Part shown: piece by piece, positions 1-11,655 of the stretch
Layout of the letters: the number at the start of each line of letters is the position of its first letter
Position numbering within the stretch: position 1 is the first letter of the stretch
Assembly: GCA_963666285.1 (NCBI GenBank)
Contig: OY762711.1
Length of the DNA stretch: 64,000 nt
Strand: one strand, 5' to 3'
DNA from: Sedimentisphaerales bacterium
GTDB lineage: Bacteria; Planctomycetota; Phycisphaerae; Sedimentisphaerales; SM23-30
Made by a program: the position numbers and the translations under genes
The notes under the pieces: generated by a model
What the model saw: the letters and a program-made list of their open reading frames with translations, nothing else
Database searches by the model: none
Told to the model about the DNA's origin: nothing

Positions 1-429
1 GGCTCAATAAAAGGCAGGCATCTGACATTTGAACCGAGGATAAAGGAATCAGAGTTGATATACGATAATAGCGACCTGCATTCCATGATGGACATAAGCG
101 ATGGTCTAGCCGGCGATTTGCGACATATTTGCAAAGAGAGCGAAGTATCAGCGATATTAGACCATGCATTAATACCATACAGTGATGAAGTCAGTACAAA
201 TAATGACCCCGTCTCAAATGCATTAAGTGATGGCGAAGATTTTGAGCTTCTGTTTACAGTAAGTGAAAATGATAGCGTGAATTTATTGAAAGAATGGCCG
301 TATACAAACGTATCACTAACGGTAATAGGTGAAATTATCCCTCAAGTTAACGGTCCGGAAATATTCATAAAAAAGAATAACGAAAAGTTGTTATTTACCG
401 GAACCGGCTGGGAGCATTTGACGAAATAA
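1..429 (+). CDS. thiL: thiamine-monophosphate kinase, C-terminal part (gene starts before the window)
   Basis: Frame open from base 1; motifs MMDISDGLAGDL, GEDFELLFT and terminal GWEH. Confidence 0.9.
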   Translation, partial: GSIKGRHLTFEPRIKESELIYDNSDLHSMMDISDGLAGDLRHICKESEVSAILDHALIPYSDEVSTNNDPVSNALSDGEDFELLFTVSENDSVNLLKEWPYTNVSLTVIGEIIPQVNGPEIFIKKNNEKLLFTGTGWEHLTK

Positions 430-433
430 CAGC

Positions 434-1207
434 CTATTTTTTTTGCTGTTTAAATGAAAGAACGGTTTTTTGATCGGCAATATTGATGGCAGTTAGAGTG
501 ACTGATATTTTATCATCATCCGGTTTTGTTATGACGGGAGACAAAACAATGCGTTTATTTTTAAGCAGTTCCGGTAATTTTTTGCCAATATATCGTCCCA
601 TTTGAACATTGTAATCATCATCTTTTTTATCACTTGTCTTTTCGAGAGATTCAGAATATTCTTTTACCGTATTAGCTATCCGGATAAGGTATTTATTGAT
701 TGTACCCATTGGCACTCCAAGAGCACCAGATTTGACTTTTACGAGATCAATAACTAACTCATTATTTTCAATATACGGTTTGAGCAATATACTAACAACA
801 ACAGTCTGATCATAATATTTCATAGTAATATAAAATATTAATAATCCATCTCTCATACTGATTTGAGGCAGTTCCAGTGATAATTCCGAACCATCAAATT
901 CATCTTCAAGCAGTCTGCGTAGATCATCATGAAGCAGGATCTGGTTAATTAATCTGCTCTCGAAGGTTTGGGTAAACTCAGTTTCGGCGTATATATTGTT
1001 ATGGATATCAGCGACCAGGGCAATCGCCTGATCTACTGCCTGTTCCTGGATATCCCGGCTTATAGGCACAGGGGCATATTCAGAGGGTTTGTAAACAGCC
1101 ATCAGGTAAGCAGTAATGGCTATGGAGACAACAATAAACACAAAAACAAAGAGTCCAATAACTATTTTAAGGAAAAGCTTTTTTTTATTTCTCGTCCTTC
1201 GGATCAT
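434..1207 (-). CDS. hypothetical membrane-anchored protein
   Basis: Basic N-terminus followed by one hydrophobic helix; ATG at 1207 preferred over the ORF-track start at 1255. Confidence 0.6.
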   Translation of the reverse strand: MIRRTRNKKKLFLKIVIGLFVFVFIVVSIAITAYLMAVYKPSEYAPVPISRDIQEQAVDQAIALVADIHNNIYAETEFTQTFESRLINQILLHDDLRRLLEDEFDGSELSLELPQISMRDGLLIFYITMKYYDQTVVVSILLKPYIENNELVIDLVKVKSGALGVPMGTINKYLIRIANTVKEYSESLEKTSDKKDDDYNVQMGRYIGKKLPELLKNKRIVLSPVITKPDDDKISVTLTAINIADQKTVLSFKQQKK

Positions 1208-1625
1208 ATCCGAGCTCCAATCGCATCTGGTATCTATGATATTAACAAAGGCCAAGATTCAAATAACATGCCGTGTTAATATAAAAATCAATATAACTGT
1301 TATAATTTAACTACAGGATATTATTATGATTTTTTCGAAATATAAAAGATATATTTTGCTAAATACCATAATTAGCCATTCTGAACCTTTATTAAAATTC
1401 AGCAAATCAGTCACGAGCTACCTGATAACGACAAATTATTTAGGATTTAATATTAATAATTCGGTTAAACATTATTAAATAAAGAGTTATGCGTTTAATT
1501 AGAATTCTTCGATTATAAGAAAGTTGAATAAAATTTACTATATAACTTAATTATCATTTAGATAGTGTCGATAGGCTGATATATGAGTGACTCATAGTAT
1601 TAGTGTTTATTAGCTATGAGACCTT

Positions 1626-3395
1626 ATGGATGAGATATCAAAGGAGAAGAGATCAATGTTCGAGGTGATGGATATGCCAGCTACCCAAGATCAAGTAACA
1701 GAAAGTAAAATAGTGTTGGATATGGAAGCTATTTCGCTTCTAACAAACAATGATTGGATCTTCAGCAGATTTGACATTGATGAAAGACACTATATCTTCC
1801 ATTTACCAGAATCTGGCGATAAAATAACGTTATCAGTTATTGGTGATGACGATATGTTCATTCCCTACGAAGAAATGCTGGAGAAAATACCATCACTAAG
1901 CGAATTATTAGACAAGATAGTATTCACGTCGATAACTTCCGACAATCTCGATACTATTTCAAAGCTAAATAAATTTGAACTTGCGATATCTCACCCCGAT
2001 GACCTGGAACACGATCTGTTTTTTATCACATTTGCGACCCTCAACTTTCTAAATGGCGGCGGCGGATTAATATTTACCCCTCAGGATAATCAGTCAGATG
2101 CAATTTATGATTTAAAACGCTTTATAATAGAAAAAGTAGATGCAAGTGATAACTTAGGAGTAAGATTTCATAATTTCTGGCATAATATCTCCCCCTACCT
2201 GGAAATATTTATGACTCATGCAGCAAACATAAGTATCCAGGAGCAAATGACTAAATTAATAGATGAAAATGATGAATATTCCTGGAAAGCAATGGAAACA
2301 TCACTATTTAACTTATTCCTTGCTATGAGTGAAAAAACCGGAATAGGCATAGACAAAAGCAACCTGGAAATAGGCAATTGCAAAGCATTGGCACTACAGA
2401 TGTTGTCAGGTTTTAAGAATAAGAGATTTTATCGAAAATTATTGTCGCAGCAGACGTTTGAAGAAACCAAAAAGAAAGATGCCTCAGGAAGTTATTACAA
2501 TAAACTGAAAGACCCTGCAAACTATCCTATACCAAATAAAAAGGCACTGGAAGTATATTTTCTGGCTTGTCAGGATAATACAGATTACAGCGAATTGACT
2601 GAATTGATCAAAGAAGATCCTGTTCTGACAGCCAAAATACTAAAATTGCTTAATACTCCAATGTTCAGGACAGCTAATACCATATCCAGTATCAGTATTG
2701 AAGCCTTGAGTGTTTTTGGCCTGCAGCGGATAAAAGAGATGGCATTGAATGTAGCAGTTGATTTTCGTGATTTTAAGCTTCAATGTCCAGCTTTTGATTA
2801 TGATGTGTTTTACCAGGACTCTCTGGCTTGTGCTATAGCTACAAGAAATATAACAAATTATGTAAATAATACTAAAGAAGGCGAAACATTATTTACACCA
2901 GATGAAGCTTATACGGTCGGCTTGTTAAGCCAGATGGGTAAGCTTGCATTTGCCTCAGTATGTCCGCAGGAATATAATCGCATATTGACGTCGGCCACCG
3001 ATACCGGTCAAAAGCTTTGCGAGGAAGAACGTAAAGAATTTGGTATCGACCATTGTGAGATTGCCGCAGAAATGCTAAAAGAATGGGGTTTTCCGGAATC
3101 ATTCTGTAAAGCAATCAAATATCAATATGAATACCCTGAAAATCAAAATATGTTCGAAGATGATTCGGTTGCGAACTCATTTGCAGCAAAATTAAAAACA
3201 GCCGGATTTATGCTGCGATGGAGCAGAACTATCAGTAGTACATTACAGGTAGGAAAGTCACTGGAAAAACAAAGTGTGCTCAAAACCCTGGACAAAGGTA
3301 TCAATGAATATGGTATTTGTCCCGGCAATTACCACAGGCAGGCACTGGCAACTCATAAAGAATGGAAAAATGTAAAATCAGCGTTAGAGAGTTAA
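1626..3395 (+). CDS. HDOD-domain signal transduction protein
   Basis: DPVLTAKILKLLN, AYTVGLLSQMGK and FGIDHCEIAAEMLKEWGFP motifs in the C-terminal half. Confidence 0.85.
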   Translation: MDEISKEKRSMFEVMDMPATQDQVTESKIVLDMEAISLLTNNDWIFSRFDIDERHYIFHLPESGDKITLSVIGDDDMFIPYEEMLEKIPSLSELLDKIVFTSITSDNLDTISKLNKFELAISHPDDLEHDLFFITFATLNFLNGGGGLIFTPQDNQSDAIYDLKRFIIEKVDASDNLGVRFHNFWHNISPYLEIFMTHAANISIQEQMTKLIDENDEYSWKAMETSLFNLFLAMSEKTGIGIDKSNLEIGNCKALALQMLSGFKNKRFYRKLLSQQTFEETKKKDASGSYYNKLKDPANYPIPNKKALEVYFLACQDNTDYSELTELIKEDPVLTAKILKLLNTPMFRTANTISSISIEALSVFGLQRIKEMALNVAVDFRDFKLQCPAFDYDVFYQDSLACAIATRNITNYVNNTKEGETLFTPDEAYTVGLLSQMGKLAFASVCPQEYNRILTSATDTGQKLCEEERKEFGIDHCEIAAEMLKEWGFPESFCKAIKYQYEYPENQNMFEDDSVANSFAAKLKTAGFMLRWSRTISSTLQVGKSLEKQSVLKTLDKGINEYGICPGNYHRQALATHKEWKNVKSALES

Positions 3396-3655
3396 ATTAG
3401 CAACGAAGTAAAGCTGAATAAAAATTTTTCAACAAAAAATTTATAGTGTAATTTTATATAATTGCCGGTTTTACTGAATTTAACCATATTTTTTCAGATT
3501 TTTCTTTAAATTTGCCCAGACATAGCTTCTTTAATCATAAGCACTTAAGAAACAGTCCCATCTTTTTGGCAGAAAATAATATATTTTTTACTAAATTTAC
3601 AATTATTTCCATCCGATTTCACTAGAATTATGTTAAAATAATTGGTCTCATCTTT

Positions 3656-3684
3656 TTGACAGTCCCCCTTTTATGATATATACT
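3656..3684 (+). promoter_or_regulatory. sigma70-type promoter of dnaG-rpoD
   Basis: TTGACA-17 nt-TATACT about 80 nt upstream of the dnaG start, which has a GGAGG RBS. Confidence 0.65.
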
Positions 3685-3763
3685 TTAATGTTTATTAGCA
3701 CTGTACCAGAGTGCAGATGGACAAATAGTATATTTACCCCGGCAGAAAACTTACGGAGGGCAG

Positions 3764-5578
3764 TTGACAACTTACTTTGAGGAGCAACATATAGGTCAGA
3801 TATTACAGGCGACAAATATAGTCGACCTGATAGGAACATATCTGGCACTGAAACCTCAAGGTAAAGATTTGGTCGGCTTATGTCCGTTCCATAATGACAG
3901 ACGGCCAAGTATGTCTGTGAGCCCTGCGAAACAGATATTCAAATGTTTCGCCTGCGGAGCCGGCGGTGATGCCATAAAGTTTATTATGCTGAAAGAAAAG
4001 ATGACTTTTCCGGAAGCGGTAAAATACCTGGCAGAAAGAGTACATATACAATTGCCTGAGCGGCAAAGACAAAGCAGTGATAAGCCGCAATTGGACAAAA
4101 ACAAACTGGAAGAGATAAACAGATGGGCTGCAAAATATTTTCGCAGCCATTATGAAAATGAAAAAAATGGAAGCATAGCCCGCGATTATGTTCAAACTCG
4201 TGGCATAACAGAAAATATCAGTCGCAAATTTGGGCTTGGTTGGGCACCAGGCGGCTGGGACAATCTGTTAAATGCGGCCAAAAAAGACCAGGTGAGCTTA
4301 GAAGCCCTGGCACAATTAGGATTGTTGATAGAAAAGGATACAGGCGGTTATTATGACCGTTTTCGCGAGAGACTAATATTTCCGGTACTAGACGGACTAA
4401 AAAGAGTTATAGCTTTTGGCGGCAGGACTCTAGCTAATGATCCTGCCAAGTATCTAAATAGTCCGGAAAGTGCACTATTTGACAAAAGCAGCAGCCTTTA
4501 CGGATTGCATGCTGCTAAAGAAGAGATAGTAAAGAGTAAAACGGCTATAATAGTTGAAGGGTATACAGATTGTATGATGGCCCATCAACAAGGGGTATAT
4601 AATGTCGTCGCAACATTAGGAACAGCGATGACGAAAGAACACGCCAGAATGCTGGGGCGTTACGCAGACCGAATAATACTTATGTTCGACTCAGATCAGG
4701 CCGGAATAAAGGCAGGAGACCGAGCGATCGAGCTGTTTTTTGGATTGCAGGTAGAAATAGAGCTTATTTCCTTGCCGGATGGGCAAGACCCCTGCGATTT
4801 TTTACTGGCAAACGGTAAAGAATCATTTGAAGCCGAACTGCAAAAAGCACAAAATGCGATAGATTATAAATGGAATAACCTGCTCAGCGAATTTGAAAGA
4901 GCAGATGCGATAAATGGACGAACTCTGGCAATAGACCAGTTTTTGAAAATAATAAAGCAAATGGCAACAGAAGGAAACCTGGACCCAATAAAAGAGGGTC
5001 TGGTGATAAACAAGGTTGCCGGGCTGGTAAAACAGCCAGCTGAGACAATACATAAACGGATGGCAAGGTTAAAATCTGCCCAGAGTTTTGAAAAAGTAAA
5101 TAATGATAATGCCCGGAATAAGATATCATTTGTGAATCTGGACGCTGTAAGTAAGTGCTATCTATATATTTTAGAAGTTCTTTTGAATTGTCCCGATTTA
5201 TATTTTATGGTTATAGAGAGGATTGGTGCTATTACCGAGGTAGAGCACCCGGTCCTGAAACAGGTAGCAACAAGAATAGCTCAGTGCTGTGAAAGTACAA
5301 AAGAGCCAAATATTGGAACTATACTGGGCGGCTGTGAGAGTACCCAGCTATGTAATGTTATTACAGACATGGCTTTAAGTGGTGAAAATCGCGGTAATTA
5401 TGAAAATACCTTAGAGGGAGCGTTTGCTGCCCTGGAAAACTTTAAGGCAAAACAAGAACGAAATAATTTAAAGGACATGATAACTAACTCGGCAAAGACC
5501 TTTGACAGAGACACTTTGGATGTCATGCTGGCTGATTTGCAAGCCAGGTTAATTAAAGACAAAACAGAGTCTAATTGA
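3764..5578 (+). CDS. dnaG: DNA primase
   Basis: CPFH...CFAC zinc finger, KYLNSPE, VEGYTD and FDSDQAG Toprim motifs; upstream of rpoD. Confidence 0.97.
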   Translation: MTTYFEEQHIGQILQATNIVDLIGTYLALKPQGKDLVGLCPFHNDRRPSMSVSPAKQIFKCFACGAGGDAIKFIMLKEKMTFPEAVKYLAERVHIQLPERQRQSSDKPQLDKNKLEEINRWAAKYFRSHYENEKNGSIARDYVQTRGITENISRKFGLGWAPGGWDNLLNAAKKDQVSLEALAQLGLLIEKDTGGYYDRFRERLIFPVLDGLKRVIAFGGRTLANDPAKYLNSPESALFDKSSSLYGLHAAKEEIVKSKTAIIVEGYTDCMMAHQQGVYNVVATLGTAMTKEHARMLGRYADRIILMFDSDQAGIKAGDRAIELFFGLQVEIELISLPDGQDPCDFLLANGKESFEAELQKAQNAIDYKWNNLLSEFERADAINGRTLAIDQFLKIIKQMATEGNLDPIKEGLVINKVAGLVKQPAETIHKRMARLKSAQSFEKVNNDNARNKISFVNLDAVSKCYLYILEVLLNCPDLYFMVIERIGAITEVEHPVLKQVATRIAQCCESTKEPNIGTILGGCESTQLCNVITDMALSGENRGNYENTLEGAFAALENFKAKQERNNLKDMITNSAKTFDRDTLDVMLADLQARLIKDKTESN

Positions 5579-5649
5579 ATTAGTTATAAAGCATATGGTT
5601 TATCCACTAAGTGGAGCAAAATAAAAATAATACTGGTTTGTAGACAATA

Positions 5650-7416
5650 ATGAACGGAGAGTTGAAGTTGTCAAACGAAAATAAACTAATTGATCAGATA
5701 ATTGAAGATAGCTTTAAATCGCTAATTGAAAAAAGCAAAGAACGTGGTTATCTGACCTTTGAGCAGATGAATGACGAGTTGCCTGAAGAAGCAACAAATC
5801 CCGACCAGCTCGACAGCTTTTTGATGACATTAGATGAAATAGGCATAGAACTCATTGGAAAAGATGAAGTAGCCAAGAGAGAGTCTCAAGAGTCTGAAGA
5901 GATGGGATCGTCAAGCAGTGACGAAGCCATTTTAGAGGCAATGGAAGATGATGACCATGATGGCGAATTTGAAGAAGACACTGATGATGACCTGTTTTTT
6001 GAAGAGCAGCGAATAGATGACCCTGTGCGTATGTATTTGACCCAAATGGGTGAAATACCGTTACTTACACGCGAACAGGAAATAGAGCTGGCCAAGACAA
6101 TTGAAATGTCTCGTATGGTCTTTAGAAGGCGTATACTGGAAAACGATTACTGTATTAGTGAATGTATCAACATTCTAGAGCAGGTTGCGGTCGGTGACTT
6201 ACCGTTCGATCGTACCATGCGTTTATCATCAAGCAACAATACAGTTAGAAACAGCATTATCAGCCGTATCCCAGGTAACCTTGAATCCCTCAAAAAGATC
6301 TTAGACGAAAACAGTAAAGCCCGAGATATAATCCTTACAAGTGACGATTCTGAGAAAATATCTCAGCTCAGGCTGGAAATGAATCTTCGCCGTCAGCGAG
6401 GAGCACGTTTACTGGAAGAAATAGCCCTGCGAACCAGCCGGGTCACTCCATTTATCCAGAAGCTTGAACACATCCTGACCAAGATGGAAAATCTTGAAGT
6501 TATGCTGGCTAATCCAGAAAAGGAAGGCCTGGCAGAAGATGATATTGAAGTTATTCACGAAGAGCTGGATGGTCTTCGTGAAATGATAATGGAAGACAAG
6601 GAAGAGCTACGCAAGCGAGTCGGACGAATTCGCAGAGCGTATAAACGATATGAAACAGCCAAGAGAAAGCTTTCCGGGGCTAACTTGCGTCTCGTAGTAT
6701 CAATTGCCAAAAAATATCGTAATCGCGGATTGAGTTTCCTTGATATAATCCAAGAAGGTAATACCGGACTAATGCGTGCGGTAGATAAATATGAATTCCG
6801 TCGCGGTTATAAATTCAGTACATATGCCACATGGTGGATACGCCAGGCTATTACCCGCGCGATAGCGGATCATGCCCGTACAATTCGTATTCCTGTCCAT
6901 ATGATCGAAGCAATGAGTAAGCTGCGTAATATCAGTAAAAAGCTTCAGCAGGAGCTTGGTATCGAGCCAACAATAGAAGAGATAGCTGAGAAAGCCGGTA
7001 TGCCAGTATCAGAAGTACGCCGGATAATGAAGATATCGCGTCATCCGATCAGCCTCGACCGCCCTGTCGGTGAAAGTGAAGACAGCTACTTTGGTGATTT
7101 TATCGAAGACAGCGGAACCGAGTCTCCGGTACATGCGGCGACCCAGGAAATGCTCAAAGACAGAATCGAGTCTGTACTTAATACGCTAACCTACCGCGAA
7201 CGTGAGATTATCAAACTGAGATATGGTATTGGTGACGGCTATACCTACACACTTGAGGAAGTAGGACGTATTTTTAAGGTAACACGTGAGCGTGTTCGAC
7301 AGGTTGAAGCCAAAGCAGTACGCAAATTGCAACATCCGGTTCGTTCACGTAAGCTGGAAGGCTTTATGGACAAAATTGACCGAGATGCCATGCAGTACGA
7401 TGAAGAGTTTGAATAA
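5650..7416 (+). CDS. rpoD: RNA polymerase primary sigma factor
   Basis: [29 protein letters not shown] and TRERVRQVE regions 1.2-4. Confidence 0.97.
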   Translation: MNGELKLSNENKLIDQIIEDSFKSLIEKSKERGYLTFEQMNDELPEEATNPDQLDSFLMTLDEIGIELIGKDEVAKRESQESEEMGSSSSDEAILEAMEDDDHDGEFEEDTDDDLFFEEQRIDDPVRMYLTQMGEIPLLTREQEIELAKTIEMSRMVFRRRILENDYCISECINILEQVAVGDLPFDRTMRLSSSNNTVRNSIISRIPGNLESLKKILDENSKARDIILTSDDSEKISQLRLEMNLRRQRGARLLEEIALRTSRVTPFIQKLEHILTKMENLEVMLANPEKEGLAEDDIEVIHEELDGLREMIMEDKEELRKRVGRIRRAYKRYETAKRKLSGANLRLVVSIAKKYRNRGLSFLDIIQEGNTGLMRAVDKYEFRRGYKFSTYATWWIRQAITRAIADHARTIRIPVHMIEAMSKLRNISKKLQQELGIEPTIEEIAEKAGMPVSEVRRIMKISRHPISLDRPVGESEDSYFGDFIEDSGTESPVHAATQEMLKDRIESVLNTLTYREREIIKLRYGIGDGYTYTLEEVGRIFKVTRERVRQVEAKAVRKLQHPVRSRKLEGFMDKIDRDAMQYDEEFE

Positions 7417-7440
7417 AATCATCTAATAAGACAAAAACAA

Positions 7441-7475
7441 AAAACCGGCAGAATGTATAAACTGCCGGTTTTTTT
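7441..7475. terminator. bidirectional intrinsic terminator
   Basis: AAAACCGGCAG-loop-CTGCCGGTTTT with T and A runs, between convergent genes. Confidence 0.85.
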
Positions 7476-7481
7476 ATAAAT

Positions 7482-10400
7482 TTATTTATCTAAGAGGAAT
7501 ACCGGTCGGGCCTTACCGTGATTATTTTTTTCGGCAATATCAACCTGTTCTAAAAGTACTTCAACAGCTTTATTGAGTTGAGGGTCATTTCCAGAAGGAA
7601 TATCACCCGGTTTAGGCCAGACAATATAGTCAGGAATAGCACCATTGAGCTCCATATTCAGCTCTGTACTAAGCGGATACCATCCAATAAACGGCATCCT
7701 GACACTTCCAAGACCAACGACATCTCTTGAACCAGTAGAAATCACACCGCCGGCAGTTGGTACCCCAATTAATTTTCCACGTTTGAGAGTCTTTATAGCA
7801 TGACTGAATATTTCGGCGTTACTAAAACTATCCTGGTCACAAAGTACAACAATAGGTTTATCCCAGGTATTGTAAACTCTCCTGGAAGAAGTATATCCCT
7901 GGCCGGCACCACCACGCGGGACAATATAGGCATGAGCAGGCTGGCACAAGACAGTAAGAATATGATCCGTGGTAAAACCGCCGCCATTTCCCCTGACATC
8001 GATAATCATGCCGGATTTACCGTTTCCTTCGGCAAAGATTTCTTTTTCAAAGTCGACAAATTCATTCCACATCATACGAGGAATATACACATAGCCAAGT
8101 TTACCATTAGATTTATCATTAACAGCTGTCTTACAATTGTCAACCCAAAACTGTTTCAACAGTGGTTGGATTTGAGAATATGTATATGGCCTAATAGTTA
8201 CATCTCTTGTTTGATTATCAGCACCGGTAACTTTCAAGAGAATATCTCTCTCCTGAATGCCGGTTAGAATTGCGTATACCTCTGTTTCACCGGTAATTTC
8301 CGTTCCGTCAATATGAGTAATTATATCACCTGGGAAAAGTTCTGACTGTTTCAATGACGCCGGGCTATCAGGAATGATATCGCGTATCTTTAGTCCTGGA
8401 CCAGGATAGCTAAAATCAAACCGGGCGCCCAAATGAGCCGTAGCATCATGCCATTTATCCTTAGAATACCAGCGATCATCACTTGCCGGAGTAAAGCCCA
8501 TGTGTGAAGCGTTTAATTCGCCAAGCATTAAATTTACCACCCTGCCAAAAGTGGCATTATCTGGCGAGTTTATAGCTTTATCGAGATATTTTTCGAGAAT
8601 AGAATCCCAGTTCACTTTTTCAATTATTTCGCTACTGTAGAACCCATCTCTCATATATCGCCATGCAGTCTTAAAGCCTAATTCGTACCAGTCTTTTCTA
8701 TTGAGCTCAGTCTTTACCGAAAACTCATATTTAGTAAGGTCCTTTCCTGTTAAAACGGCTGGTTTGCCGCCATTTAACAGAGATATTTTTTTAGCTTTTT
8801 TAAGCCATTTCGAAGAATAAGAAATGCTGTTATCTGAATACTTTTTGAATTCAAGCTTATCAGGAAATTCTACGGAATACGACTTTGTGCTATTTCCATC
8901 CCTTTGGTTGAAAATCAGTTTATTATCCGATATCCACAAAGGGCAGGATTCAGATTTATCATTCGTTTTGAACTGCTGCACTCTTTTATACAGATTATCA
9001 AAATCAATAATCTCCTTATCTTCCTGCTCAGGTTCCTTGTCTTCTTTTTCTTCTACCTTGTCAGCTTTCTCTTCGCTTTCCGCAGAATCAGTTTTGTCAT
9101 TTTCATCTTTTGGTTCATCAGCTTTCTCTTCTTTTGACTCTACATTATTTTCTTTTTTATCCTTGTTGTCTCCGTTATCCTTCTTTTTACGTTTATCTTC
9201 CATAAGCTTCACAGCTTTTTCAAGAGTACGGTCACGTTCAGTCTTATCGGCTTCATCCTTCTGCAAGGGAGCATAGAAAATATCAACCTGGTCACCAAAA
9301 GAAGTACCAACCCATGCGAGATATTTACCATCCGGCGACCATTTAGGCGAATGATCGTCTCTTGGATTGCGTGAAATATTATACGGAATTTCACTACCAT
9401 CAACCGGAGCAATCCAGATGTTTCTTCGAATATCATCATCATTAGCCGCATATGCTATATATTGAGATTTTGGCGACCAGTCATAATCAACAGAAGTCCA
9501 GTTATCAATCAACTTACGGGGGGCGTTACCTTCGATGTCGCATACCCATAACCCATTAGAAGCTATTTGATAAGCAATAGATTTACCATCAGGGGAAATC
9601 GAAAAGTCAGTAATATTATCATTGCCAAATGTGACTTGTGTAATAATGAAAGATTCATTTTGCCACCAATAGCTGTTAGGGTCCTGGGGATTAGCAGAAT
9701 ATATATTTGATATGACGCCATCGTCCGATAGGAAATACAGTTTACTGCCTTTATCATTAAAGATAAGATTTTTCTCGATTTTTTTAGGAGTATTGCAAAC
9801 AAGAACAGGCTCTTTTAATTCTGTGTCCATAACCCAGATATCCCTGTCGGCTACAAAAGCAATCTCTAAAGCGTCGGAAACAAAGTCAGCTTCAGCAACA
9901 CCTTTAGTAACCAGGTTGACAATTTCATCCGGCATATCAGCTTCAGGTGCCAATAATTGTATCTTTTCAGGTTCTGAACCACGATCAGGAGAAATGCGAT
10001 ACAGGTCGAATAGCTGCCTAAATACTATAACAGATCCGTCAGATGAAGCAGAAACACCGATAACCGATCCATCATCAAAATTTGTGAGCTGTCTCTGAAC
10101 ACCCGATTCCAGGTCATATTCCCACAGATTTTCAGGTGAATTATCGTTTGAAGCAGTGTAATATATTTTTTTGCCTTCTGCCCCCCATTCCGGATAGTCA
10201 TAATCACCATCATGTCCAAGAAGCAGGCTGAATTCCCCTGAATTCATATCGTAAGTCCATATCTGACCATTCTGACTGCCTTGATATCCCTGGCGGTACC
10301 ACCTTGAACCTTCTCTGACAAATAATATTTTTGTACCATCAGGCGAAAGTCTGCAAGTCGAGCCGTATGCATCAAAAATCAAATCTTCCTTGAATGAAGG

Positions 10401-10835
10401 ACTCGTACCAATCATAAAAAAGCGACTGCCCTTACGCCAGAAGTAATCTCTGACTCCACTTATGATCATATTATCGGATGTCGGCCATTGCTCGATAGAA
10501 GCACCGGAAGTATGGAATGTTATTTGTTCGGCTAATCCACCATCCGCATCCATAATATATACCTGATTAACGCCGGTGCGGTTGGAAGAAAATGCAATTT
10601 TGCTGCCATCAGGAGAAAAAGATGCCCCATATTCAACAGCAGGATGGTTACTCAGGATCTTAATGGTACCACCTGATATTGGAACCGAACAAATATTTCC
10701 CTTCCAGGAAAAGATAACAGTTTTACCATCCGGTGAAACAGCCTGGCGTGAAGGTAAAAAGACTTGCTCACCATAGGCAGAATGGACATAAATACATAAA
10801 AAAACAGGGAGTAATACGAGAATTCTCTTAAGCAC
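7482..10835 (-). CDS. tricorn-like S41 protease (PD40 beta-propellers, PDZ, S41 core), secreted
   Basis: Signal peptide, SPDG repeats, DVRGNGGG, SFSNAEIF and GVPTAGGV motifs. Confidence 0.9.
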   Translation of the reverse strand: MLKRILVLLPVFLCIYVHSAYGEQVFLPSRQAVSPDGKTVIFSWKGNICSVPISGGTIKILSNHPAVEYGASFSPDGSKIAFSSNRTGVNQVYIMDADGGLAEQITFHTSGASIEQWPTSDNMIISGVRDYFWRKGSRFFMIGTSPSFKEDLIFDAYGSTCRLSPDGTKILFVREGSRWYRQGYQGSQNGQIWTYDMNSGEFSLLLGHDGDYDYPEWGAEGKKIYYTASNDNSPENLWEYDLESGVQRQLTNFDDGSVIGVSASSDGSVIVFRQLFDLYRISPDRGSEPEKIQLLAPEADMPDEIVNLVTKGVAEADFVSDALEIAFVADRDIWVMDTELKEPVLVCNTPKKIEKNLIFNDKGSKLYFLSDDGVISNIYSANPQDPNSYWWQNESFIITQVTFGNDNITDFSISPDGKSIAYQIASNGLWVCDIEGNAPRKLIDNWTSVDYDWSPKSQYIAYAANDDDIRRNIWIAPVDGSEIPYNISRNPRDDHSPKWSPDGKYLAWVGTSFGDQVDIFYAPLQKDEADKTERDRTLEKAVKLMEDKRKKKDNGDNKDKKENNVESKEEKADEPKDENDKTDSAESEEKADKVEEKEDKEPEQEDKEIIDFDNLYKRVQQFKTNDKSESCPLWISDNKLIFNQRDGNSTKSYSVEFPDKLEFKKYSDNSISYSSKWLKKAKKISLLNGGKPAVLTGKDLTKYEFSVKTELNRKDWYELGFKTAWRYMRDGFYSSEIIEKVNWDSILEKYLDKAINSPDNATFGRVVNLMLGELNASHMGFTPASDDRWYSKDKWHDATAHLGARFDFSYPGPGLKIRDIIPDSPASLKQSELFPGDIITHIDGTEITGETEVYAILTGIQERDILLKVTGADNQTRDVTIRPYTYSQIQPLLKQFWVDNCKTAVNDKSNGKLGYVYIPRMMWNEFVDFEKEIFAEGNGKSGMIIDVRGNGGGFTTDHILTVLCQPAHAYIVPRGGAGQGYTSSRRVYNTWDKPIVVLCDQDSFSNAEIFSHAIKTLKRGKLIGVPTAGGVISTGSRDVVGLGSVRMPFIGWYPLSTELNMELNGAIPDYIVWPKPGDIPSGNDPQLNKAVEVLLEQVDIAEKNNHGKARPVFLLDK

Positions 10836-10954
10836 TATAAAGCTCCTAACAAAAAGGCATGAATTATACTGATTTTCAAGGTAAGAACTTCAGTATAAAC
10901 CAAGTCAGGAGCAAATGCAAATATTATAGTGTCAGATAATTATGCAGTTATGTG

Positions 10955-11443
10955 TTACTTGCCGGACAGGCAAAATGCCATATCAACTAAAATTGCAATA
11001 ATAGAAAAGAAGAATATAGCAAAGTAATTGATATTTTCCTTGGATTTTTCTATTGAACCAAGCAAATAGAGCATTGCATCTCTCTGTTCGCCAGTCAGAA
11101 ATGTATCCTGTCGAACGGTTTCGACTAGTCGATAATACCTGACAGCTCTACGTCTTTTACTTGATATATGAAAACGATATAAGAAAAATACAAAATAGCC
11201 AATAACCCCGGCATACCACATTGGCCTGACAAGTGAAGGTTCGCAAGTTTTAAGAATTGTAAGCGACCTGAAAGCTATGGTACAGAAAATACCGAGCGAA
11301 AAAATACTGTAGGTTTCAAGGCGACCGCTTGTCTTCATTATAGAAGATTCCATTTTCATATTCCCTAAAAAAAAGTTTATAAAATACAAGTACAAAAACG
11401 TTGGAGAACAAAATTTACCACTAAAACATTTTATTATATTCAC
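10955..11443 (-). CDS. small hypothetical membrane protein (true start probably downstream of the ORF-track start)
   Basis: Three hydrophobic segments; no recognised motif. Confidence 0.55.
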   Translation of the reverse strand: MNIIKCFSGKFCSPTFLYLYFINFFLGNMKMESSIMKTSGRLETYSIFSLGIFCTIAFRSLTILKTCEPSLVRPMWYAGVIGYFVFFLYRFHISSKRRRAVRYYRLVETVRQDTFLTGEQRDAMLYLLGSIEKSKENINYFAIFFFSIIAILVDMAFCLSGK

Positions 11444-11655
11444 TTGTCATTTGTCATTCTATCGACTCAAATATATCCAAGTCAATAGCCTATTTTGCAG
11501 GTATTTTTGGTAAAGGAAGAAGTTGTGCGCATTGAAAATAATGTTGTTTTTCTTAAGCACAAATAGACCGAAATCAGGGGAAATATTTTTGAAAAAAGAT
11601 AGTTATAGGTCTGTTTTTTTTTATAGGGAGATCATGAAATAATCGATTAGCCTTA

